Source of the DNA: Psilocybe cubensis
Taxonomy: Eukaryota
Reading direction: 5' to 3'
DNA length: 64,000 bases
Assembly (NCBI GenBank): GCA_017499595.2
Contig: CM039007.1
Coordinates: 744,001-808,000 of the forward strand
Shown piece after piece: positions 39,936 through 53,109 of the stretch. Made by a program: the position numbers and the translations under genes. The notes under the pieces are model-generated. The model searched no databases. It saw only the letters and a list, made by a program, of their open reading frames with translations, and was not told the DNA's origin. The number at the start of each line of letters is the position of its first letter. The stretch's first letter is position 1.

Positions 39936-41510
39936 TGATATTGTACATTCGTCATGTCAATGGAACATAACATAATTGCGTCGGCAATTTATTTGGCACT
40001 CATAATCACACATGCGGAATTTAAATGCAGTATAATACTGCTTTGAAAGAGCATTTCATCTTCGGTAGGTCAGTATCCTTGGTATGTATCTTGCTTGTGA
40101 TATATTCGATCGGGTCGGAGCGAGTCCTCACTTTGAAGATTGAATAGTATCTGTGTCATCGACTGTTGATTTAGTAATCAAGTATATATATTTCGTAGCT
40201 TGCTCTAAGAGGATACAAAATATAGGAAGTAATGAAAGAATTGAAAAAGCAGCTGAGGCTATATAGCCAACTTTTCTCTCGACACTTTTTGGGTGCAGGA
40301 TGGTGCAGCTTAGTGTAATGCCGGGAAACGTTAACCGGCATGTCTGCGCGTTGGCTTGGTAATTGGTATAGCCACTTTGCCGAGCCGGCAAGACACTCCG
40401 GTTATCCAAACACGGGTGCATTCCCCCCGCGATAGCGTGGTGGTGGTTATGACTGACGCCTCCGTTGAATCTTTTGTTCTTCGGTTGTTGTCGTCTCCCT
40501 CTTGTCCCTCGACCCCCCATTCCTCTAAGCTTGAAGTTCAGGAGCTACATTACCAATAGGCACCTACGAGGAGCTGGTGTCTGATTGTGGCGCTTGGAGC
40601 ACGCTTTGGCCATACCTTATACGCGACAGCCTGTGGACTGCGGGTCAAGTGGAGTGTAATTCTGGTGGATTAAACGCTCAGGTATGATAAGAGCTTTCTC
40701 TCTACCCTTTCTATGTAATTTGATATTCAGACATCACCTACAACTGTTTGTCGTCGTTTAAAAGCTGTTTTCTTGACCCTTGAGCCCATCCAACATCACA
40801 CATCGTTCACTGCTTTCGATATCAAGATTGACCATCGCTAGATCATCATCACTCTAAGCAAGCTTCGCTAACAACCTTACGCCGCCGACACGTCCACGTT
40901 CACGATCACGAATACTAGCACAAAGCCTAATACAGATTCCGCTACGCAGTCATTGGAGCAATCCTTCTACAGAGCTCGCATCCAAATCTTCTACCTGCAT
41001 AAAGATAGGATTACCTCCTTTACTCATATAGCTTTCCGCAGTCAACAATCAGCATTTTCGAGGCACAACGGAGGTCGAACGGCAATTCCGGATAATCGTC
41101 ACAAATAGTCCGTCGGCACCCACGATATAAATATCGCCTCGAAACCTCTGAGAGGGCACTGCTTCGGATCCATTTACGGGCAAAATTCCTCCTTGAAATC
41201 AACTACAGTCCAGGGTGACAGACACGACATATTTTTAAGGCCACCAGTTAACCACGGTTTGGGCACGAGATCCCCACGCCTTAACTAGTGTGATCTTTTG
41301 TTTCCATCCCCCCGGCTCTCCGCTGCCCGTGTAGCTCCTTGTTTCTCTCCACCATTGCTTCTTTTTATTTTGTCTTAGGTCCCTACAAGGCGGATTCCCC
41401 TCTCATCTTTTCTGTCTTTTGCCTCATTGTATTGTGGGTAGAAGGTAGTGCCGCCAAGTCGCCCAATATACCAAGCTCTATAACGACATTATATCATTTT
41501 AATCGACAAC

Positions 41511-42840
41511 ATGTCGTCAAGTAACTCGACGGCTTCATCAGAGTCCCAATCCTTTTCGTCGACGTCTTTTTCTTCTTCGTTCTCAACTTCTTCAACTTTT
41601 TCCTCCTCTACCTCGACGCCCAGTCCATTTCCATCTTCTCATTCATCAGGACCCTCGACCGACAGTAACGCCACCAATGCGTCCATCGCAACCTCAGCTT
41701 CTCTATACTGTGCGTCTTTTCGTGGTACCCATCCCACGGAGAATCCTCTATTTTTCTGTTATTCATGATGCTTATTTTTATTAAAATCTAGTATACACAT
41801 TCTTGGCGACACTCGTCCTCCTCCTCTCTGTATCTGCCGCTATCGTCATACGCTCTTTCGTGCTTCGTCGGAGGCATAGGCTCATGGTGGAAGAGGCTAT
41901 CAGGAATGGGACATGGGTGCCTCCCGCACCCCCTACACGTCCTGTAAAAGTGGACTTGAGTAAGAAGCCGATGCTTTGGGAGGCATACATCGACGGGAAG
42001 GGCGATGTTGTCTCGTATGGTGCTCATGGGGCCGGAAGTCAAAGGATCAATGATACATGGAAAGCTGAGCATTCGAAGGAGTGGGATACCATCAAGCCTA
42101 TCGCTGTCAGTTATCTATCGTCGACTACGCTGCCTACGTCATCGCCGTCGCCATCTGGTTTGGCTACGATCCCATCCGTTGGTAGCCTACACAGCACAGC
42201 CGCTCAACAGCCGTCTACGCCAGTTGGAATGCAACGGGATGTCGAGGCAAACGCAGGTACTCCTACTAACGCATCCTCCGCCGCTGTTGCTGTCCCAACC
42301 CCGCCGACCTCAGTTCGGACACCAACATCACGGCCTCGTGCAATCCTATCCCGTGTAGTGCGCATGCTTAACCCAACACCCAACCCAACTTCGCCCCTAC
42401 CTGGCCCGCTTGCAGGATCAAATGCAGGCTCAAACGCCAACCTTCCAGGGCCTAACAGTGGTGACGCAACTGCGAATGAGAAGCTCGAACTAAAGGGACC
42501 ACATACGATGCGTGTAGCTGTTCTGATTGCCATGCCTTCTCCGCCCTCGAGCAGCTTGTCAACCTCGAGTTCGGCAATTTTATCATCAGCATCAAGCTCA
42601 ACAGGCGCTCCCGGAGCTTCCACATCTCCGTCTCCACCAATAATTTCTCATCCATTGTCAGTTATGGGCGACGACGACGAGCATCCATTGCCACATCTTG
42701 AGGTTGGCGTGGCCGATGTTGTAGTCATGCCGCCTGATTATGGTTCAGGCGTGGGAGATGCGCACGTGGGGAAGCGAAAAGCCGCGCAAAGAGGAAGTTT
42801 GGCAAGTATGGCGACGGGTAGCGAAGGGAGCGAGGTATAG
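41511..42840 (+). CDS. Ser/Thr-rich single-pass membrane protein, uncharacterised
   Basis: S/T-rich exon 1 (…ATSASLY), intron ~41709-41791, then a TM segment LYTFLATLVLLLSVSAAIVIRS followed by RRRHR and a long Pro/Ser-rich ORF. Confidence 0.75.
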
Positions 42841-43682
42841 TACGCCGCCTCGTATCCTTTCTCCTCTGTGTCTTTTGGATCTCTGTACTATTATCTTCTT
42901 TTGTGTGGCGTTTACTTTGCTCTTTTTTTGGCAGATAGAGGACCTGCCTCCGCTTTTCCTTCTGGTTTGGCAGTTTCTTGTGTTGTACTAACGGTGTTGT
43001 GCTTGTTGATGTACAGTATGCTCATTCTATCCCTTACTAAAAACCATCGTGTACTTTCTTGTACTTTCTTTTGCTTTGTATTGGTCATGAAATGATAGCG
43101 CAGGAGTATGCGATTTTACCCGACATTTTCCATCTCTGTTAGCATGTCGGCTCCACATCGGAAAGAAGCTTTTCTGGCTGACAAGCAAAGTAGATATATC
43201 TTTAGACTTCCTTGTTGAACTTGTAGATCATACGCCTTCTGTAGCTGTCGCAATTACGGACAGTACTATCAAATGACTAGGACGCGGTTAAATTTGAGAA
43301 AGATGCCCGGTAAGTATTTACAATTTAGTCCATTACTAACCTTTTATCTACCACTGCATGCTGGTTGAGCCAACATGCCAATCATGGATATGAGGCAGGT
43401 GACGACGGTAGCCTTCTCTCATATACTTTGTACGTGATGGAAGACAGGCGTATAAACAGCTTCGTTAGCTCTGTAGGACCCATGGGGTCACAGGGTCTCG
43501 TCCCAGACAAGTAGATTTACTATACGACGAAGCCCACCAAGGATGATCCCAATCTACTTGACATCACATAAGCAATGTTTCTAGGATGTGGACAAATTGC
43601 ACAATACCATATCTTCACTTAGAATATTCAAATCGACAGTCTCAAGGCTTTTGGCCTCTAGGCTGTCGGAGATAGGGAATAT

Positions 43683-45158
43683 TCACGTTTCAAAACGTTG
43701 ATGTTGATTGATGATATTCTTATGCCAGATTTTATGTACGTGATGCTGTCCAGAGTTTACAATGCTTTGGAATGAGCACAAACTCTTGTTGAAATTTTTT
43801 GAAAAGGTATATAGCGGTATTGGCCCGGGATCACGCATGCATTGCTGAACAAGATATGCTTCTTTACCGCACATTTGAAAGCCGTGCGGCAGAGGACTGG
43901 CTATTGGTTACATTAAAAGTTTTAACATGAAATAATTTGGTTGCTAGCACTATACAAGGAGCGCTGTGTTTGAGGCCAATAGTGGAAATTGAATCGTCTT
44001 GGTTGATTTCGAACTGGAGATTGTTCCAAATATCCTACGAGTTCCTGTTGGGAACCTCACCTTGGGAGAAATCCATTTTATAAATGATTCGTCTTGCAGT
44101 GCAATTCAAAGATCTCGGATCAGGGGACCCAAAGTGACGGGTACATTTTCCTTGCCTCGTACTGTCTCGATAGAGGCAGACCATTCTTTCTCCTTCCCTT
44201 TCGATGCGCTTGAAGTAGTTATTAATTGCGGGCTCATAGATATTTCATTTTCAGTTGACTGATCCAGTCTTGCTTCGATGGGCAATGATTCTGCCTGTTC
44301 GGATGTCTCGGTAAGCGTAGTTTGGTGACCTGCGTGAGGTGCCACTCTCATGAATAGTGTTGGAGTGTTGACCGTTTTTCTGAACTATTGACAAAGATAG
44401 GCCAGTCAAAATTTGCAATTATAATGGTGAATATTATATATCCAGTGTAAGAATGACATGGTAAATACCTGGCAGTGAGCACAAGCATCATCGTACTCTG
44501 TTCCATGGTGGGGACAATTCAAAGCTTTTTTGAGCCCACCTATCGTTCTACAAATCCGCTTGATACTGGCAGACACAATGCTCGAGCTGGCAGGGGGGTC
44601 AAGCCTACATTCATTACCATTATCTGCTTCATAATCGACGGGCGTCAACGTATTCGAGGCTATTCCATCCATCATAGAGGGTACCTTATTTGGCGATGGA
44701 TATTCTCCTGGACTTTCTTTAGTATGTCTAAAAGGCAACTGAGGCTGCAGTTTCGATGGACCTTGACCGTTAGAATGAGCTAACAATAAACAAGAACTCC
44801 GCGCCTGCCCAGCTGCAGCAGAAGTAACTTGGGCCTGGTTCGTAATCGCAGAGATACATAAGCCACTCTTTGGCTTTGACGATGAGCCGATACCATCTTC
44901 TGAGCCTCGCAGCTAACTATGCGTCAGAAATGCCATAATAGAGGCGGGATATGAATCACCATAAGGAGAGTGGCTTACTTTACAATTTGAACAACTAACA
45001 TCAAACATCCACGCATGTTTTTGACATAAATTAGGTGTATTTGCTGCGGAAGGGGGGTACGATTCTCTTTTTGACCATGAATCTTTGCGTGATTGGGCAG
45101 TGTTAAACGTTTCGTGAGCATTGACTCTCGTCCAAGAAATGTTGCGTGTCTTCGGCAT
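43683..45158 (-). pseudogene. Decayed gene with two C-x2-H-x7-C-x2-C motifs
   Basis: ORF pieces CQKHAWMFDVSCSNCK| and CPHHGTEYDDACAHCQ| are each followed by a GT donor. In-frame stops occur (…LIRDL*IALQDES) and frames are discontinuous. The 3' end is undefined. Confidence 0.35.
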
Positions 45159-45832
45159 GAGAATAAAAAAGGTTCAATTTGGGGTATTTCTACGTTGGAA
45201 ACCGATGTATCGATTCTTTAACACCTAGAAAAGATGCCAGATTGGAAGTTTACCCTAGTGGTGTCACAAAAATGGGGAATGAGGGGAATGAGCGCGCGTG
45301 AGTTGAGCAAGGGTCTTAACATGTCGTGACTCACAAGGATGTGTCAAATAAGAAGATCGTAAAAGCAGGGAGCTGTAACGACAGAAAGTAGAGGATGACG
45401 GGAAACCAGAATGAAGAACCAACTCAGCGATGGAAGATTAAAGAGAAGGGGCACACTCGTAACTTGTAAAACACAAAAGCAGGACAATGGCCCATCGCGG
45501 GACTTGTAGTCGCTGTTTCAAAATCAGAACCGCGCCCGTGTATTAGTCACATGACATATATGTGATCGTGTATACCGAGACGCGATCCGATGGAGAATTC
45601 AATAGTTCAGAGCCGCGGTCAAGTATGCGGCATTGCCCACAATCTGATAATTTACCTATAAAATATTCAATATCCTTTTGGCAAGCCTCTAAGCCATGGA
45701 CGCTTTTTCAATTCCTTCGATTAATACAATGATGAGCAACCTAAACTGGTAATGATACAGGCATAGACGATCTGGTCTTAATGAAACTATGTAAATAACT
45801 AATCTCGTCCATTCATGTGTCTTTCAGAATGC

Positions 45833-48800
45833 CTAAGCAGCTGTATCTCCAGCAGAAATACTATCAGAGGGTGGCGCTGCAAGGATTTTATCAGATTCAT
45901 GACAGCACAAGGACTTGAAGGTTGCACATACCTGCTACATGTTGATCTTCTCTCCGTAGATCTATGTTACCAGTGTCGTTTATAACCAGTCGGACGTTAC
46001 AGCTATGGCGAACAAAAGTCAGCCCTGATAAAATTTTTTAATACTGAAGGTCTGTACTTCTTTTTGATATTTCCTCGAATTTGGGATTCAGCTATTACCT
46101 GGATCGCACATGATTTTACTTCATTTGACACGGAACGTGCCCCGTAGTTCTCATCATAGCCTTGAGCTAGCTTAGCAATAACTGCAGTTATAAAAGATTA
46201 CTGAAAAATGAGTTTTACTGACTGGCAAAAAATTGGTACCTTCAGGTGTCCACGAGAGACGGATACCATGGTGCTCGTGAGCACGTTTTTTCCATTTATC
46301 CAGTTCAACTCTCACTATCTTCCGAATCTAAAATCGATCGAAACAGTCAATACTCCCCAAAAAATGGTATTTTTGCTCAGCCGACTAACCTCGTTCTCTG
46401 TAAACGGAAGAAATACCACCATCTGGTTGATTCGACCAAGGAATTCATCCCGCTTCAACGTCTTCTTGAGCACGGGGTACAGTGTTTTGTTGAAGTTGGC
46501 TATCCCATTGAGGTACTGTGTGTGCATGTCCACGGCCTCGGTGCGTTCAACCAGTTTGTGTAGACCAGGCGCGGCCTGGCGGATCTCTTCCGACCCTAGG
46601 TTAGACGTCATAATGAAGACAGCGTCAGGGCAGTGGATTGTACCATGCTGTACAAACACATGATAGATAGTATGTTAGCCATATGTGCATTAATACCTAT
46701 AAGATCATGAAGCATACATACCTTTGGATCAGTAATTCGCGCGTCGTCGAAGAGCTGGAGGAACACGGTCAGCACATCCGGATGAGCTTTCTCGATCTCA
46801 TCAAAGAGGACGACGGCCCGGGGATTTTTTCTTAGCTGGTTTGTTAGGTTGCCTCCACCTTCGTAACCCTGTCATGCATTGGAATAGGGACATGAAATTA
46901 GCGTGGAAAACGAGGAGAAAAGGACTGAGAGACTGGAACGTACGACATAGCCCTTGGGAGATCCTGTGAGTGACGCGGAATTTTATTTAATCAGAATTGG
47001 ATCTGAGAGGGCATGAAACAAGGGAGGAGAGCTTACCTGTTAAGTTGGCCACTGTGTGGCTATGTTGGTACTCCGACATGTCAATGCGCACAAACGTTCC
47101 TGACTTCTCAATATCCCTAAGTGTGATCTTCCTCTCCTTCTTCCCCTCCTTCCCACCGTCTTTTGAAGCGTCTCTATTGTTGTTCCCATCTTCATCGCTA
47201 TCATCACCACTCTCGGAATCATTATCCCTTGACGATCTACCATTAGCCTTATCCCTAACCGCTGTCTTCAATGCGTCGTTGTGCAGATATAGCGCAATGC
47301 GCTTTGCAATTTCCGTCTTGCCAATCCCTGAGCTCCCTAGAAACATCAGGACCAGCGGACGCTCGGGGTCGACCCACCCGTTCTCCCGCAATCGTAAGGC
47401 CGAAGCTATACTTCGGATGGGCCCCCGCTGTCCTACCACATTTGCACCTATAGATCTCTCTATCTCGACTAGAGAGAGGGATGAAGCGGTTTTACAATTT
47501 ATTAGTCCGTGATAGGCACATATATATGGAGAGTCAATCTGCTTACGATGTCGCATGCGGTATTTGTCCTCCGCGATTTGCTTTCGCTTTTTTTCTTTCT
47601 CTGCCTTTGCTGGAAATAAGACGGGTTAATATTATGTGATAACCTCTGAATATGAGTATTGGAAACGCAAACATACCAGTCTTCTTCCGCTCAGCCTTGT
47701 TACAGCGTTTCTGAGCTTTGGAGGCACGCTCCGCGCGCTTCCTTGCCTTCTCATCTGACAGACCCTCCAAGTCCCGCTCTCTCTCATGTTGTAAATCATC
47801 CATAAGCTCTCCCATACACACCAAAGCCTCAAGCTGTTCGTCCAATTTTCTCTTTTCCTCTTTTTCTTTTGCCTCCTTTTCCTTCGCCTCCTCCGCCTTG
47901 CGCTGCTGCACCTTCTTGTCCCTTCTCTCCTTCTCCTCAGCACATAGCGCTCTAAACTCTTCCATGTGGACACTACCATGCACCTTCACGTATTCCTCGG
48001 GAAGCATGTTATTGTCGTCCTTTCTTTCCCAATCTCCGCCTGCCTGCAGGATCAGCTCAACAACGCTCATCTCGCCCACGAGACAAGCGAGGTGGAGAGG
48101 TTGGCTATCGTCATCGGAGTACGGATTGGCGGAGGTGATACTGTGTAGATCTATAGAGGCCGGTTTGAGGGACTTAATGATTGACGAGATTCGGCCGTAT
48201 ATGCCACGGCTCCTTGTAATGGCGAGACTCTTGTTTGAGTTGATAATCCTGAAGAAGAGGGTTCGTATAGAACGAAGCGCCGGTGAGATGCGTCGGTGGA
48301 GGGGTTTTGAAAGGCAACTCACTCTTTACAGTATTCTAAATCGCGCTCGCAAATTGCCCTGCAGAGCGCTGCGCTATCTACATATATCACGTATATTTGA
48401 GTCCTCGATCCAACTGAGAAAATCATGTCAAAATTGAGAAATCGTACCTTTTCTCTCAAGCGAGCGGTATCGCATCCTCCACTGGACGGTCGCCTCATGG
48501 TATGCTCTTACTACCTCTATATCAACCCTGGCCAAATCAAAATACTCCCTCGGGAGTCTCTTTTTCTCGTCCTGCCAATCAAACCCCTTAGAAATATCCG
48601 TTGTCGACCCAATATACAGATCGAGCACGGCAGCGTCCCCGCGCATGCATGCAAAGTGCAGCGCGCTCGCGCCGGTCGTGGACTCTGTACCGACAATCTT
48701 TGGGCATAATTCTTCTTTGCGGCACTGTATATCTGCGTCGGAGGACGAGGTGTTGAACGTTGATTGGTCTTTTACCGAGACGTCGAGCCCGGGGAGGGAG

Positions 48801-49064
48801 AGGATAAACGCGAGGAGCTCTGGGTCGCAGTTGAGCGTGGCAGTGTGGAGGGGTGCCCAGCCGAGTGGGTGGCGGGTGTTGATGAGGTCGGGTGATATCT
48901 CGAGCAATCTGTGTTAAATTATGTTGGATTTGATGTATATGTGCACTTGGAAGATATACTTACTGACGAACACGTTCGTGTTCATTTTCTACGAGAAGTT
49001 TACAGAGACTGCGGCCTCCAGAGACTGCCAATTGGGCATCAGGTGGGGTGACTTTCGACTCCAT
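45833..49064 (-). CDS. Ankyrin-repeat + single AAA+ (ClpB NBD2-type) protein, Skd3/CLPB-like
   Basis: Ankyrin segments [32 protein letters not shown]; coiled coil; VVGQ...[75 protein letters not shown]. Confidence 0.9.
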
Positions 49065-52000
49065 GGGTGCCAGTAGGAAGATGGGCGTTTTCTAGCAGAA
49101 TGTAGGCACTTTTATATTTTCCGCGGTGCCTTCCTTGATGCCATTGTTCACTCATTGTCTGCGACAAATGGTAGTGCACACAACAGCACGTGTAGGCCCT
49201 CAGAGTCATAAGAACCCACAAGTAATTGGTTCCGATGTTGACTTGTAGGCGTCGTCTTCTGTAGAGTTGTCGTTGTAGGTCTTTGAAAATGAAAAAAATT
49301 AACCTTGGATTAGGGGTTTTAGACGACTGAGTCAGTTTGTGTAGACGGAAATGTACGGTGGGAGTGTACTTGACGTTATGCATTAGTAGACGATCGATGC
49401 CTTGATGATAGATTGTTCAAATCAAGTTTAAATTAAGCCACACATTTTCCCAGGCTTACGGTACAGCCACTTCAACTTTTAGTAAAAATTTCAATCCTCG
49501 CTGCTGCCTCGCGGCTATGTTTGCACACTATCGCAGCTCATAGGAACATATCTTTCCCAACACGTTGTTCATCTTCAGGGAACGAGTCCGGCTTTACATC
49601 ATTCGAGTGGATGCTTTTACGCTGGATGGCCCCTTAATCACACCTCGTGGCATATATCTAACTCGGGTTTGTATTGTAGACTAGCTGTCTTCGATATAAT
49701 TCTCGTAGTGTATTTTGATGTACGCGACCTACGGACATAAGAAGGGTGAGATCAGATGCTTTTCTTTAATTGGATAGGAAAATATATGATATTACGGTTG
49801 GCTAGATGGATGCGAAAAACATGTATTAAATAAGGTGAAGGGCCTAGATATGAAGGGTCTCAGATTTGAGGCTTTCTCAATCGCAGAACTCAGGTTGAGG
49901 TTGTGTTTCAGAACCCTGCCTCTACCACATTCAGAAACGTCTTTCAAACTATTTACCATGCGCGTTCCAAAGCTCCCCTGGTGGATGGGAAGGTTAATCA
50001 AATCGCGTGAGTAGGGATGGAGTACATGAACGTACATGCGAACCGGGGCACTCGCACTCTCGAACCTCGAGGTTTGTAGGGCGGAGATACCGCGTTGACG
50101 GGTACCTACTCAGACGAAATCCATTGCGGATTTCCCAGGCTATGCCTAACACCTCGGTATGATGGTCCGTACTTAAATTATCGTGTGTAAATGTGATTTG
50201 TGGCAGGGAGAAGCCGTTGAAGAGCATTTCTGGAAAATAAGTAATTGGTGACGAGGACAGTACAAGAAGGTTCTGTTAGGCATGGGGCGATAATAATCTC
50301 TCACTTCAAGGAATGCCACAAGCCGCATTACAACCTATTCAGGGACGTATATCAAAATGATTCTTTGCATTGTACTTCATTGATTTGATATTTCCTCTTC
50401 TCATATCGACAACTACAAAGCCTGAACCGAAAGTTACTACGCTCTTGCTGATCCACAGAATGTCCGTATACGAAACCAATAACTTGTACATATGCGGGTT
50501 GACTCTGAAGATTCAGAGTTGTGTCAATGGGCAGCCCAAGCTGACTGGACGGCAGCTAAACAGCAAGACGCTTGATTAGGAAGTCCAGATGTTGAGAGTA
50601 AGTATGCGTCGACTTACGAGCCGTATCCGTCCGTGGTGAATGGCCCGCAGCAGACATACGACACGGGGCCTAAAGAAAAGGGTGATTTAGTGTCAGAAAT
50701 ACTCTGGTACTCATGATAAAAAAATAGACTTACATCTAATGCTCTATATGAATGGTTGAAGTTCCGGAATGGTGAGGATCGTCAGCATCAGGGTAGTAGT
50801 ACAAGTCAGAGAGAAGATATTCAGAAATGGATGCATACATTTGGACCTCCGCCTGAAACATGTAAATGCACCATGGTAGGCATTAAGCGGCATAATTAAA
50901 ATACAAATACATAAATGGACATACACAGGATAAGCGCACTATCAGCGCTTGGAAGTGCCACCACTTGCGATACGGATGTAAGGACGCCGGCAACGAGAAA
51001 GAGTACAGTTTTCATGCTAAGTCTACAGATGGGGGGCATCAAGATGTGTAGTGAAGGATTATATACGGTTTTCTGATGTCAGGGTAATGTGTTCCTTGGT
51101 TTACAGAGTGACACGGCAGTCATGGACGACTCGGCTAAGTGACTGAAGTTTAACAAACAAAATGAATTCGTGCCTTGATATTGAGCATGATAAAAATAGT
51201 CCAATACAAGCGCTGGTTGGGGTATTACATTAAGTTTTGAAAAAGAACCCAGGCTGTTCACATGTGCAAACCACACGACTTGACCCACGCCTGATCCTTT
51301 AGAGAAAGAGAAGTAATAAATATACGTCAGGAACATAACGTACGAAGCATTCAGACTAACTTATATCTATTATCAGTGAACCGTCTGCACGCCAGCCCCT
51401 ATCTCAAGTACGTGTTCCTGAATAATCGACATCACATGAGGATGCGCCAAGCGTAACGCGCCCACCCGTCGCGCTCAGTTGGCGCCGCTGACGCGGAGTT
51501 GTGTTATCAGACTTCGGTGAAAATACACATGGGACCGCTGGGACTGCGATTGGAGTCTGGATATGTCTACCTCCATTTGCGGTTTAGTTGTCTGGGGAAA
51601 GGACTCGGATGAGGGATGAGGGAATTATCCTTTTTCAATCAACTGTGTAGTACTACGTCAACTTCAAGGCGGTGCAGCACACAGTTTATAGGTAGGCGTG
51701 TACGTACATACCCGGGTCAACGTTACGTTCTTAATACACCCAATAAAAGAAGAAAAGAAGAACACAGGAAACAGCCTGATTGTACTTTTTCACTTTTTCC
51801 ACATACAGTTAGAAGCGCTTGATGACTCGCTCGTCCTTACTATGAAAGGCATTCCGGAGTTCCTTCTTTTAGGTTGGTTGGTTACACAGCACAAGGGTGT
51901 ATAACGATCGAAGTCGCCGGATATTCCAAATGAGGCTTTTTGAGTACTTTGTTTACTGAATTTGGGTAACCCGACGTGGTGTTTGTGTTTGTGTGTTTTG

Positions 52001-52284
52001 TGGGGTAGGGCGGTTTAAAAAGCTGATGATAGATGGATACGTTTTTCCAACTCGACACCAGCAGCGACACACAATATTTGATACTCGACACCTCGCATCG
52101 GACGTCTAACATTGGAAAAACTGGCTTTAGATTCAAAAAATGAACGATGATAATAAGCACTGCGATCCAGTCGTTCGGGGAGGTACCTCAATAACCAACC
52201 ACATATTTCAATCCGGCACCGAGAGAGAGAGACCGATGAAATGAACATGAGCGAGGACACGTGCAATGGCTTAAGTACGCGAAG

Positions 52285-52444
52285 GGGAAAGGGAAAGGGA
52301 AAGGGAAAGGGAAAGGGAAAGGGAAAGGGAAAGGGAAAGGGAAAGGGAAAGGGAAAGGGAAAGGGAAAGGGAAAGGGAAAGGGAAAGGGAAAGGGAAAGG
52401 GAAAGGGAAAGGGAAAGGGAAAGGGAAAGGGAAAGGGAAAGGGA
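52285..52444 (+). repeat. Perfect (GGGAAA)26 microsatellite
   Basis: Direct reading: 26 uninterrupted hexamers followed by GGGA. Confidence 0.97.
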
Positions 52445-53109
52445 TGGAAGCTAGAGGTAAACTGTAAATGTATGCGCGCAATGCAAACGCACACGCACAC
52501 GCACACGAACTCAAGGTAAGAATTGCATATTACATACTGACTCCTTGGTGGCGCGCGGGAATGCCGCTGCGCATTAATGTACCTTATGGACTGTGCTTCT
52601 TTTTCATCTCAAGGAGACGGTATTCGATCCTAGTGGATGAATCATGAAGCGATGAACTTTTGAGGGCATTTTTCCATGTACATTAGTTTTTCATCGAAGG
52701 TTTTGGTAGATATCGATATTTTATTATAAGCTTGCCCGTTCTGCATTCGTCCGTCTCAATCGATGGAGAGGGACTTTGTGTGTGAATCATATGGATGCAT
52801 GAAGTGTATTGGGTATATCGGATATCCGAGTCCGAGTCAAGTCTTCCAGCGGGAGGTACAGTGCTCACCGCTCTGAATACATAGATGAAAATTACGCAAA
52901 CTTGATTTACGAGGGATCATACATGGTGAAGAATAATATTCATATTCAAGACAAACATATACACCCGGCACCGAGTGATTAGTAGATTGTGACTATCGAC
53001 TATCGACGGCAGCACAAATACCACGATATAGTTCATGAAGAGTCCGACGGACCGGGCACACCGACGTCGACAGAATCGAAGTCTTCGAAAGCGACTACTT
53101 TTGTAAGTA

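Noticed and set aside
40128-41202. Short minus-strand ORFs (MGGRGTRGRR..., ISRRNFARK...)
   Set aside because: No convincing splice model or homology visible.
49790-51340. Short ORF fragments suggestive of a gene relic
   Set aside because: Multiple stops and no identifiable domain.
52015-52519. Poly-(FP) and poly-(GK) ORFs
   Set aside because: Translations of the GGGAAA microsatellite.
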